In this document: piece after piece, positions 31,930 to 43,600 of the stretch
Layout of the letters: the number at the start of each line of letters is the position of its first letter
Numbering within the stretch: position 1 is the stretch's first letter
Source of the DNA: the human T2T-CHM13v2.0 reference genome, Homo sapiens
Assembly: GCF_009914755.1 (NCBI RefSeq)
Contig: NC_060940.1
Direction: 5' to 3' (one strand)
DNA: 64,000 nucleotides
Notes under the pieces: model-generated
Databases searched by the model: none
Told to the model about the DNA's origin: nothing
Seen by the model: the letters and a program-made list of their open reading frames with translations, nothing else
Program-made: the position numbers and the translations under genes

Positions 31930-32316
31930 GGAGGAGTGGGGACTGGAATTGTGCCTTCCCCTAGAAGAGATATGGTGGAGTCCAAGCCCCAACACTTCAG
32001 TGTGACCTTATTTGGAGACAGGGCCTTCGCAGAGGTGATCACACTAAGATGAGGTCATCAGAGCAGACCCTAATTCAATATGACTATGTCCTCATAAAAA
32101 GGGGGTGTGCGGGCAGAGGACGTGCACAGGGGAACACGAGGTGAAGATACACAGGGAGAAGTGGACCATCTGCGAGCCAAGGACAGAGGCCTGGAACACA
32201 TCCTTCTGTCATGGCACCTGGAAGGAACCCACCCTGCTAGTACCAGGATCTCGGGCTGCTGGATCCAGGAGATGATCCACCCCTGTGGTTTATGGCAGCC
32301 CCAGGACACCCATACA
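31930..32316 (+). mobile_element. MLT1B-like LTR in ABCD1 intron 7 paralog
   Basis: GTGACCTTATTTGGAGACAGGG..AAGATGAGGTCAT..TTTATGGCAGCCCCAGGACACCCATACA. Confidence 0.75.
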
Positions 32317-32559
32317 GTTTCTTGGCACAGAGCTCCAGAGCGGCCTGAGTGCTCTCCCCAGACCGGGGGCTTGTCACCCACAGGGGTTGGGCCTCCTGTC
32401 ACTGCCCCGTGCCAGCACTTTGGCAAGGCTCGAGTGGGCTGCTTGAACGAGCAGGTGAGCTGGCTGCTCCATTAGGCCGGGGCGCTGTGTCAGAAGTAGC
32501 CCCTCCTGTCTTCTCACCCATGCTGCCTTCCCCAGCAGCCCAGGGCTAGAAGTGGCGAC

Positions 32560-32865
32560 AGGGTATATGGCCACCCAGAGTAGAGGTTACACTTCCCAGG
32601 TGGCCTTGTGGTGAGGTGTAAGCATGAGACTAAGTTGTGGCCAATGAGATATAACCGTAACTATTCAATATGGCGGCTTCTGGAACCTTCCTTAAAAGAT
32701 AGAAGGCACATACCTTTTGCCCCTTCCCTTCTACTTCCTCCATCCTATAGCCTGGGACATGATGTGAGGGCTGCAGCAGCCCTCTTGGATCATGAGGTGA
32801 CTTTGGGAATGGAGGCCACACACAGCAGAGTGACATGGTAGAAAATCCTAGAGCCTTGGGGCCTT
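32560..32865 (+). mobile_element. LTR33-like ERVL LTR fragment
   Basis: ACACTTCCCAG..CATGAGACTAAGTTGTGGCCAATGAGAT..GCAGCCCTCTTGGATCATGAGG. Confidence 0.6.
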
Positions 32866-34078
32866 CACAGAGCAGGGCCAGCCCTGGCAACTGTGGCCTG
32901 GCTCTCTTGGGACCTAACAGCTCAGTAGGATAAACTCACAGATGATCTTAGCCACTACTGCAGGGAGGCCGGTTCTGTTCCTCGCAGCTCAACTCCATCC
33001 TAACGGCTCATGCTGGCCGGCCACAGGCCCTGGGCATTCAGGCTGCCACAGAGGCGGGAGGGGCCATGTGCTCCCAGGCCGAAGGCAGCAGGAGCAAGAG
33101 GCAGGGCCGGGCCAGGGGCTGTTCCACCACCATCGCCACCTGTGTTCCCGCTTCCTCCACAGGCAGGTGACAACACCCTGGTCATTTCCTGCAGGAGCCA
33201 CTTCTTCTCATGTTGCCACCGAGGGAGGGCTTGGTGCCCATGCCCTTGAACCATGAAGGGGAGCCCCAGCAAGGCGAGGTCCTTGCCCAGGGCCATCTCG
33301 CACCCAGCAGTGGGGGCTGGAAGCAGAACCCAGAGGCTCAGAATTCAAAGACAGAACTGAACGCTCCATCTACTGTGTCCCTGTAGCTGCACCCCCCTCT
33401 CCTCCTCCGTTCTCCCGGCCCGACAGACACTGTGGACAAGCAGTATTCCTTGATAAGCCCAGGACAAGAAAACAGCTCAGGCTGGCCTCCTTTTCAGTGA
33501 ACTCATCTCTGAATCCACCCGACTCTGCTGGCCCCAGCCCCCTCCAAGCTTCTGCACAGACCTCCTGACGGTAGCCATCACTGCACACATGTGCCTACCC
33601 CTCCCAAGCTGCCCCTGCCCACCGCCCCATGGTCTTTCCAAGAGCGTCTGATCCCGCTCAGGGAAAGCCTAGGCTCCCGCCTGGTCCGGAGGGCCCTCTG
33701 TGAGCCAGCCTCTCACACCACCAAGGCTGCGGGCCGCACTCTGCCCTGCTGCCCCTGGCTCCTGGACGGGGTAACCACTCAGCATTCTGCAGGGCTCAGC
33801 TCAGACCCCTTTTCTCTGGGAGAGGGTATCCTGGGTCCCCCAATGAGGTGCGCATCCCTGCTAGGTGCCCCCTTCCCTAGAGCACCCATGCCAGCTGGGG
33901 CCATCTGTGTGGTGTTGGTCCTCCCTGGTAGGCGGGCCTCAGAGGTAGCACCCTCTGCCCTGCCCCTGTGGCACCTGGCACTTTAGACTCCTGGATGTTG
34001 AGATAATCTTCACTGCCTGGAGGCCAAGGGAGAGGCCAGGGTGGGACAAAGGGCGGCTGCCAGCCCCAGGCCTCCTAC

Positions 34079-34224
34079 CTCCCTCCCGCTGCAGGATGTG
34101 GTGCAGGTGCATGATGTCCAGGATGGCTTCCAGGTCCTGCTCTGAGTAGCCCTTCCTTCGCATGTCCTCCACTGAGTCCGGGTAGGTCACCTGGTCACGC
34201 AGGGAACCCACAGACATGTAGGGC
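34079..34224 (-). pseudogene. ABCD1P: ABCD1 exon 7 paralog (146 bp)
   Basis: [48 protein letters not shown]; CACAG acceptor, GTAGG donor. Confidence 0.95.
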
Positions 34225-34313
34225 CTGTGGGAAAGCTGGGTGTCCACGGAGGGAAGGGCCAGCCCTGCCTCCCCCAAGATACTCTGCGCCTCCCAGGCAG
34301 TGTAGATTCTGTC

Positions 34314-34434
34314 TGCTGTAGACAAAATAGTGGCCCCCCAAAAATGTTCATGTCCTAATTCCCAGAGTCTAACATACAAATATGTTAGATGGCATGGCAG
34401 TGGGAAATTAGATTTCAAGTGAAATTAAGGTTGC
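34314..34434 (+). mobile_element. 5' fragment of an MLT1D/E-like LTR truncated at the duplication breakpoint
   Basis: AATAGTGGCCCCCCAAAAATGTTCATGTCCTAATTCCCAGA..GAAATTAAGGTTGC then an abrupt switch. Confidence 0.7.
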
Positions 34435-34741
34435 AAAGGTGGCGGGAGCAAAAAGCCGCAGCAGCAAAAATCCGCGGCGGCAGGGGCAAAAATCCGCGGC
34501 GGCGGGAGCAAAAAGCCGCGGCGGGCAAAAAGCCGCGGCGGCAAAAAGCCGCGTCGGCGGGGTGGGGGGCAAAAAGCCGCAGCGAGGCAAAAAGCCTTGG
34601 CGGGCAAAAAGCTGAGGCGGGGTGGAGGCAAAAAGCTGCGGCGGGTAAAGAGCCGCGGCGGTGTGGGGGGCCAAAAGCCGCGGCGGCGGGTGGGAGCAAA
34701 AAGCCAGGGCGGGCAAAAAGCCGCGGCAGCGGAGGGCAAAA
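34433..34741 (+). repeat. CpG-rich pericentromeric GCAAAAAGCCGCGGCGG (GCTTTTTGC) tandem repeat
   Basis: About 14 variable 16-26 bp units, each with a CAAAAA(G/T)C core and a GCG/GGG-rich spacer. Confidence 0.92.
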
Positions 34742-37139
34742 TAGTGGAGATGGGGTAGAAGGCCGGCACAGCTTGGCGTTGCTGGAGTGTGATGTGATAG
34801 GAAATGTGCAGCCAAAGACAAAAAAAGATGTAAGTAGGCTTGACTCATTGCAGCTAAGAACCCAGATGTTATCTTGAGGGTATTAACTAATAAGCAGTTT
34901 AAATCAGAATGGCACATTCTGATTTGTTGTTTGTATGTTCACATTTGGCAGGCATAGATACTGTTTGAAGAGAGAAAATTCAGTAGATAGAGGTAACAAA
35001 CTTAAATATGTGCCAAGTCTAGAAACAAGAGACCAGGGGTATAAGGACCTTTCAAAATAAAATGCAAGATTTGAAAACTGATTGGCTGGGGGATGAGGAA
35101 AAGGCAGGTCTTTAAGGTCCATCCCTGTTTTGCTTTAAGGTATTAGGGGGTGGTTTTATCACATATTGTAGAATATGTCATTTCAGTTTTGAACATCTTG
35201 AGTTAAATTGTCCTAACATATCTTATGAATTTGATTTTCTTCCCTGGGAAGCTAATATTTCAAAAACTTAAAGAGTATAGGTTTCCAACTTGTATCCAAT
35301 TTATAAAACTATCTCTAGGCTGCTGGCTTCAGGAGGAGGCTCATGAATATTCTCTTTGCAGAGAATATATCAGGAGTTAACAACAGCTTCAATATTTGTG
35401 GACGACGAGTTAACTAAGCCACCTCTTAGTGTATTTAAAGGGAAATCTTAGCTGAAGATATTCAATAATGAACCAACAGTGACTAAAAAATTCAATATTT
35501 AAGTATATTTCATTGTAATTAATTTGAATTGAAGTAGCCATATACAGCTAGTATTTACTACATTGAACAATGCAAATAAGAGGAAAAAATTAATAACCAT
35601 CTCTAATACCACATGCCAAAATCCTCATCAATTTATTCTAGCTAAAGGAGTTTATCAGAAGCAGCAGTTGAAAGCACCAACTAAACCAGCTGGGGTTAGT
35701 TCACTGTCATTCTCTCAGAACCATCTCTTCTCTGAACAAAACAAGTACAAGAGTTCATTGTGAATCTGCATTCTCCTTGCCTATTTTAAGGTTTTGATGT
35801 TGACACTAATTTGTGAAATCCCTCCTGTGGTGTGATATTTCATTTTCCTTGCTTTCTGTTAGGACAAGAATGCTTCAGCTCTTAATTTAAAATTATGCTT
35901 CTCCCTCCTAGGTTGAGTGAACTTAGAATGCATTCTCTGACATATCCAAGTTTTTGTTAATATGAATTTGGGGAAAAAAGCATACTTAATTAGCTAAGAC
36001 TTCTTATTCTAGGCTTGACCCTGTGTTTGACGTCTTTTGAATTTCTAGTTGCATGGGCTGCTCTCTGACACTGGTTAGTGACCTGGAAGCTATATTAATG
36101 TTAGGGGAGGTGGTGTATGAGCATTAGAGGTATCCTTGCAAGGAAAGACTTGTCTTATCTCAATACGTCTTTTTTTTTGCCCACAAGAAAGTCAATGTTT
36201 GAGTCTTCTAAAATCTTCCTATTTCCAAGTTGCAGAGTACCATTGATTCCTAAACAAAGACCTAATTTTTGACTCAGAGACGTGACAAGGTAGTGAATCG
36301 CCATTATAATTTAACAATCTTCAAGATAAAATTATCTCTGATATTTAGATTTTACCCAATTATTAAGATATTAGGGTGTTTCATTAAGAATGGAAGACTC
36401 TAGTCTCTTGAGCAGAGACTATAAAGGCCTCAGATGATCATTTTTAATTTTATGCTCTTTTCTTTAACACCTTCAACACAGTTGGAAGCAGCTGATATTC
36501 CCCAGAGTTGTTGTGTTTTTTAAACCAAATGCATGGTTCAGTGGTAGAAAACTGGGCTGATCCAAGCTGTTTTCAGTAAACACTTCATTTCAGGTGACCT
36601 ATTTCATATTAAATAATCTCTAGATCCTGTCTTCGAAACTAACTAGATCAGATAACCTACCCTGGATTTTCTCCTTTTAGGGTCTGTGAGCTGCAGTCAC
36701 TTTTGTGAAAATGATTGCAATGACAAGATAGAGTTGTAGATGGGGAAAATGTTTTGACTAATTTAAGCATAGTGGTATTTCATATGAGAATTTAAGTTAC
36801 ACACATTTGAAAATTATAATGGAGTCTCTTGGCTGAGCTTTAAAAAAAATAGCGTTTAGGCTAAAAAGGGAACTGCTACCTCTCCTAAAATCAGAAAGAT
36901 GTTACAGTAATTCTCCATTCTCTAGAATTATCAGGAAGCACCTTTATGATGATTTACTTTTGCTCTTGGGAGTGTGAGCCTGTGCAGTCGTGGAACCATC
37001 AATTAGAATGGTGGCTTTCTGATCCCAAAGTCATTCGTTCTGAAAACAATATTTTTCATAAATTTGAAAGTGAGAAATTTTGATCTTGCCATTCCCAAGT
37101 AACTCTCTTAATCAGAGGCATCAGCATGCTTCAGTGACA

Positions 37140-37640
37140 GCTGTCACCTTCCACTGCTGAGAGCCGTCTTTGAGTTCTCCATTTCACTCCCTACACTCCA
37201 ATTTAGCTGCAGTTCTCTTGGCCAGTCCTATGAAATACATCCATGGCCTAACGACTCCTCACCACTACTACCACTCATCCTGACAGCATTCTCACCTAAG
37301 TCACTACCTTTTTTCTTGGGATTATGGTAGCCTCCCAATTTATTTGCTCACATAACCTATTTATTCTACACAGTGCACCAGATACACCCCTTTGAAATGC
37401 AAACACAATCATGTTATTCTCTGGTGAAATTGTCTCATATATTCCTATCGCATTTAAAATTAATTCAGAATCATCCCATGATTATCAAAACCCTACATGC
37501 TCTTCCACAACATGGTTTACTTCCAAGATATCTCTTCAACTTTTTTTTCACTGTACTGAATTGGTGACTAATAGTCATATTTTTGTTTTTGCTCAAAAAC
37601 TCTTGACTTGTGAATTTTTCAGTTTCTCCTTTATCCACAG
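37140..37640 (+). mobile_element. L2 fragment
   Basis: TTATTCTACACAGTGCACCAGA..TTTGAAATGCAAACACAATCATGTTATTCTCTG resembles L2. Confidence 0.6.
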
Positions 37641-37681
37641 GTAACTCTTTCCTCATAAGGCTAATTGCTTGCTTCAATGGC

Positions 37682-40600
37682 CTATTCAGAGAAAGGACAT
37701 TTGGGAACTTTTCGAGGACAATGACAAAAAGGCAAATAGCCCAGGATAAAAAGTAGAAAGAAACCAACTGAAAAACTGCTCTGTGATGTGTCCATTCATC
37801 TTGCAGTGTTATACCTTTCTTGTAACACAGCAGTTTGGAAACACTTTTGTTGTAGAATGTGTGAAGGGATATTTGGGAGCGCCTTGATGCCTATGTGAAA
37901 AAGAAAATATCTTCAGATAAAAAGTAGAAAGAAGCTCTCTGAGAAACTGCTTTGTGATGTGTGCATTCACCTGACAAAGTTAAACCTTACTTTTGATTTA
38001 GCACTTTCAAAACACTGTTTTTCTGCATTCTGCGAATAGACATTTGGGAGATCATTGAGACCAATGGCAAAAAAGCAAATATCCAAGGATGAAAACTAGA
38101 AGGAAGCTATCTGAGAAACCACTTTGTGATGTGTGCATTCAACTCACAGAGTGAAACCTTTATTTTCATACAGCAGTTTGGAAACACTGTTTTTGTAGAA
38201 TCTGCAAATTGATATTTGAGAGCACATTGAGGCCTAAGGGGTAAAAGTAAGTATCTTCAGATTAAAACTAGAAAGAAACTTTTTGAGAAACTGCTTTGTG
38301 ATGTGTGTATTCATCTCGCAGACTGAAACCTTTCTTTTGATTCAGCAGTTTGGAAACACTGTTTTTGTCCATTCTGCAAATGAACATTTTGGAGCTCATT
38401 GAGGCCAATGGTGAAAAAGAGAATATCCCAGTGTAAAAATTAGAATGAAACTATCTGAGAAATGGTTTTGTGATGTGTGCATTCATCACACAAATTTAAA
38501 CATTTCTTTTCATTCAGCAGTTTGGAAACTCTGATTTTGTAGATTCTCTGAAGGGCTATTTGGAAGTGCACTGAGATCTACTGTGAAAAAGAAAATATCT
38601 TTAGATAAAAACTAGAAAGAATCTTTCTGAGAAACTGCTTTGTGATGTGTGCATTCATCTCGAAATGTTAAAACTTTATTTAGATTCAGCAGTTTGAGAG
38701 CACTGTTTATGTCCATTCTGCGAATGGACATTTGAGAGCTCATTAAGGGCAAAGGCAAAAAAAAAAAAATCCCAGGATAAATACTAGAAGGAAGCTATCT
38801 GCAAAACCGCTTTGCTATGAGTGCATTCATCTGTCAGAGTTAAAACTTTGCTTTCATTCAGGGGTTTAAAACAGTGTTTTTGTCCATTTTGCAAATGGAC
38901 ATTTGGGAGCTCATTGTGGTCAATGGCAAAAAAGCAATTATCCCAGGATAAATACAAGAAACAAGGTATCTGAGAAACCGCTTTGTGATGTGTGCATTCA
39001 TCTCACAGAGTTAAACCCTTCTTTTCATTCAGCAGTATAGAAACACTTTTCTTGTAGAATCTGCAAAGGGATATTTGGGAGTGCATTGAGGCCTATGGTG
39101 AAAAAGAAAATATCTTCAGATAAAAGCTAGAAAGAAGCTTTTGGAGAAGCTGCTTTGTGACGTGTGCATTCATCTCACAGAGTTAAACCTTTCTTTTGAT
39201 TCCGGATTTTGGAAACACTGTGTTTGTCCATTCTGGAAATAGCCATTTTTGAGCTCATTGAGGCCAATGGTGAAAAATAAAATACCCCAGCATAAAAACT
39301 AGAAGGAAGCTATCTGAGAAACTGCTTTGTGATGTGTGCATTCATCTCACTGATTTAAACCCTTCTTTTATTCAGCAGTTTGGAAACACTGCTTTTGTTC
39401 TTCCTGTGAAAGGACATTTTGGAGCTCATTGGGGCCAATGGCAAAAAAGCGAATATCCCAGGATAAAAACAAGAGTGAAGCTGTCTGAGAAACCGCTTTT
39501 CGATGTGTGCATTCACCTGGCAGAGGTAAACTTTCCTTTTCAGTCAGCAGTTTGGGAATGCTGTTTTTGTAGAATCTGTGAAGGGATATTTGCGAGTGCA
39601 TTGAGGCCTGTGGTGAAAAAGGAAATATCTTCAGATAAAAATTAGAAAGAAGTTTCCTGAGAAACTGCTTAAAGAGGTGTGCATTCCTCTCACAGGGTTA
39701 AACCTTTCCTTTGATTCAGCAGTTTGGAAACACTGTTTTTGTACATTCTGGGAATGGACATTAGGGAACTCACTGATGCCATTTGTGAAAAACTGTATAC
39801 CCCAGGAAGAAAACTGGAAGGATATTATCTGAGAAACCCCTTTGTGAAGTCAGCATTCGTCTCTCAGAGTTAAATCTTTCTTTTCATTCAGGAGTTTGGA
39901 AACACTGTTTTTGTTGAATCTGCCAAGTAATATTAGGGTGTACGTTGAGGCCTAGGGTGAAAAAGAAAATATATTCAGATAAAAACGAAAAGAAGCTTTC
40001 TGAGAAACTGCTTTGTGATGTGTGCATTCATCTCACTGAGTGAAAACTTACTCTTGATTCAGCAGTTTGGAGACACTTTTTTGTGCATTCTGTGAATGGA
40101 CATTTAGGAGCTCATTGAGTCCAAAGGTGAAAAAGTGAATATCTGAGGATAAAAACTACTACGAAGCTATTGTGAAACCGTTATGTGATGTCTGCATTTA
40201 TCTCACGGAATTAAACCTTTCTTTTCATTCATCAGTTTGGAAACACTGTTTTTGTGGAAACTGCCAAGGAATATTAGGGAGTTCATTGAGGCTTAGGGTG
40301 AAAAAGAAAATATCTTCAAATAAAAACTAGAAAGATGGTTTCTGAGAAATTGCTTTGTTATATGTGCATTCATCTCACAGAGTTACACCTTTCTTTACCT
40401 TCAGCAGTTTGTAAACACTGTTGTTGTCCATTCTGACTACGGACATTTGGGAGGTCTTTGAGGCCAAAGGTGAAAAAGTGAACATAACAGGATAAAAATT
40501 AGGAGGAAGCTATCTGAGAAACTGCTCTGTGTTGTCTGCTTTTATCTCATAGAGTAAAACCTTTCTTTTCATTTGTCAGTTTTGAAATACGTTTTTCTGG

Positions 40601-43600
40601 AATCTGCCAAGTAATATTAGGTAGTGCATTGAGGTCTATGGTGAAAAAGAAAATATATTCAGATTAAAACTTGAAAGAAGCTGAGAAACTGCTTTGTGAT
40701 GTGTGCATTCATCTCTCAGAGTTAAGCTTTTCTTTTGATTCAGCAGTTTGGAAACACTGTTTTTGTCCATTATGCGAGTGGACATTTGGGAGCTCTTTGA
40801 GGCCAATGGTGAAAAAGTGAATATCCCAGGATAAAAACTAGAAGGAAGCTATCTGAGAAACCACTTTATGATGTGTGCATTCATATCACAGAGTTAAATT
40901 CTTCTTTTCATTCAGCAGTTTGGAAAAATTTTTTGTTTGAATCTGCCAAGGTATATTTGGGAGTGTGTTGAGGACTATGTTGAAAAAGAAAATATGTTGA
41001 GATAAAAACTAGAAAGAAGCTTTCTGAGAAAATGCTTTGTCATGTGTACATTCCTCTCAGAGTTAAACCTTTCTTTTGATTCAGCAATTTGGAAACACTG
41101 TTTTTGTCCATTCTACAAATGGACATTTGGGAGCTTGATGAGGGCAAAGGCAAGAAAGCCAATATTGAAGGATAAAAACTAGAAGGAAGCTATCTGGAAA
41201 ATATCTTTGTGATGTGTGCATTCATCTCACAGAGTTAAACCTTTCTTTTGATTCAATTGTTTGGAAACACTGTTTTTGTCCATTCTCTGAATGGACATTT
41301 TGAAACTCATTGAGGCCAATAGTGAAAAAGTGAATATCTCAGAATAAAAACTAGAAGGAAGTTATCTGAAAAACCACCTGGTTTGGTGTTCATTCAACTC
41401 TCAGAGTTATAACATACTTTTCATTCAGCAGTTCTGAAAAACTGATTTTGTAGAATCTGTGAAGGGATATTTGGGAGCGCATTGAGGCCTATGGTGAAAA
41501 AGAAAATGTCTTCAGATAAAAACAAGAAAGAAGCTTTCTGAGAAACTGCTTCATGAGGTGTGCTCTCATCTCAAACAGATAAACCTTTCTTTTGATTCAG
41601 CAGTTTGGAAACACTGTTTTTGCCCTTATGCGAATGGACACTTGCGAGCTCCTTGAGGCCAATGCCATAAAACTGAATATCACAGGACAAAAACTATAAG
41701 GAAGCTATCTGAGAAACTGCTTCGTGATGTGTACATTCACCTCATAGAGTTAAACGTTTATTTTCACTCAGCAGTTGCTAAACAAAGTTTGTGTAGAAAC
41801 TGCAAAGGTATATTTGGGAGCACATAGAGGCCTATGGTGAAAATGAAAATGTCTTCAGATATAAATTATAAAGAACCTTTCTGAGAAACTGCTTTGTGAT
41901 GTGTGCTTTTATTTCACAGAATTAAACCCTCCTCTTGACTCACCTGTTTGGAAACACTGTTTTTGTCTATTGTAAGAGTGGACATTTGGGAGCTCATTGT
42001 GGCCAATGGAGAAAAAGCAAATATCCCAAGATAAAAACTAGAAGGAAGCTATCTGAGAAACTGCTTTGTGATGTGGGCATTCATCTCACAGAGTTAAACC
42101 TTTCTTTTCATTCAGCATTTTGGAAACACTGTTTTGTAGGATCTGTGAAGGGACATTTTCGACCACATATAGGCCTATGTTGAAAAAAAATTTTTCAGAT
42201 ACTAACTAGAAAGTATGTTACTGAGAAACCAGTTTGTGACATGTGCATTTTCTCACAGAGTTAAACCCTTCTTTTCATTCAGTAGTTTGGAAACACTGTT
42301 TTTGTACATTCTGTGAATGGACATTTAGGAGCTCACTGAGGCCAATGGCAAAAAAGGAGTATCCCAGAAAAAAAACAGGAAGGAAGCTGTCTGAGAATCC
42401 ACTTTGTGATGTGCATTCACCTCACAGAGTTAAACCTTTCTTTTCATTCAGCAGTTTGGAAACACTGTTTTTGTAGAATCTGCAAAGAGATATTTGGGAG
42501 GGCATTGAGAGCTAAGGCAAAAAAGCAAACATCCGAGGAAAAAAACTAGAAAGAAATTATCTGAGAAATGGCATTATGAAGTGTGCATTCATTTTACAGT
42601 GTTAAACCTTTATTTTCATTCAGTAGTTTGGAAATGCTGTTTTTGTCAAATCAGCAAAGGGATATTTTGGAGTGCATTGAGGCCAATGGTGAAAAAGAAA
42701 ATATCTTCAGATAAAAAGTAGAAGGAAGCTTTCTGAGAAACTGCTTTTTGATATGTGCATTCATCTCACAGAGATAAACTTTCCATTGATGCAGCAGTTT
42801 GGAAACACCAGTTTGTCTTTTCTGTGAGTGGACATTTGGGAGATCATAGAGGCCACTGGAGAAAAAGCAAATATCCAGACACAAAAACTAGAAGGAAACT
42901 ATCTGAGAAAATACTTTGTTACGTATGCATTCACCTCGAAAAGTTAAACCTTTTTTTCATTAAGCAGTTTGGAAACAATGATTTTGTAGAATATGTGAAG
43001 GCATATTTGGGAGAATTTTGAGACTATGGTGAAAAAGAAAATACAGATAAAAACTAGAAAGAAGCTTTCTGAGAAACTGCTTTGACAGGTGTACATTCCT
43101 CTCACAGCTAAACCTCTCTTTTGATAGAGTAGTTTGGAAACACTGTTTTTGTCCATTCTGTGAATGTACATTTGGAATCTCATTGAGACCAATTGTGAAA
43201 AAGTGAATATCCCTGGATAAAAACTAAAAAAAATCTATCTGAGAAACTGCTTTGTGATGTGTGCAATCATCTTGCAAAGTTAAATCTTTCTTTTAAATCA
43301 GCAGTTATATGCAAATGGATATTTGGGAGCACTTTGAGGCCTATGGTGAAACAGAAATCATCTTCACATAAAAACTAGAAAGAAGCTTTCTGAGAAACTG
43401 CTTTGTGACGTGTGCATTCATCTTACAGACTTTACCTTTCCTTTTCATACAGCAGTTTGGAAACACTGTTTTTGTCCATTCTGGGAATGGAAATTTGCAA
43501 GCTCATTGAAGCCCGTGGTGGAAAAGCGAATATCCCAGGATATAAACTAGAAGGAAACTACCTGATAAATAACTTTGTGATGTGTACATTCAGGTCAGAG

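Noticed and set aside
34389-34917. Lys/Ala/Gly-rich ORFs of 94-169 aa resembling histone H1 tails
   Set aside because: They are translations of the stop-poor GC-rich tandem repeat, open in several frames on both strands.
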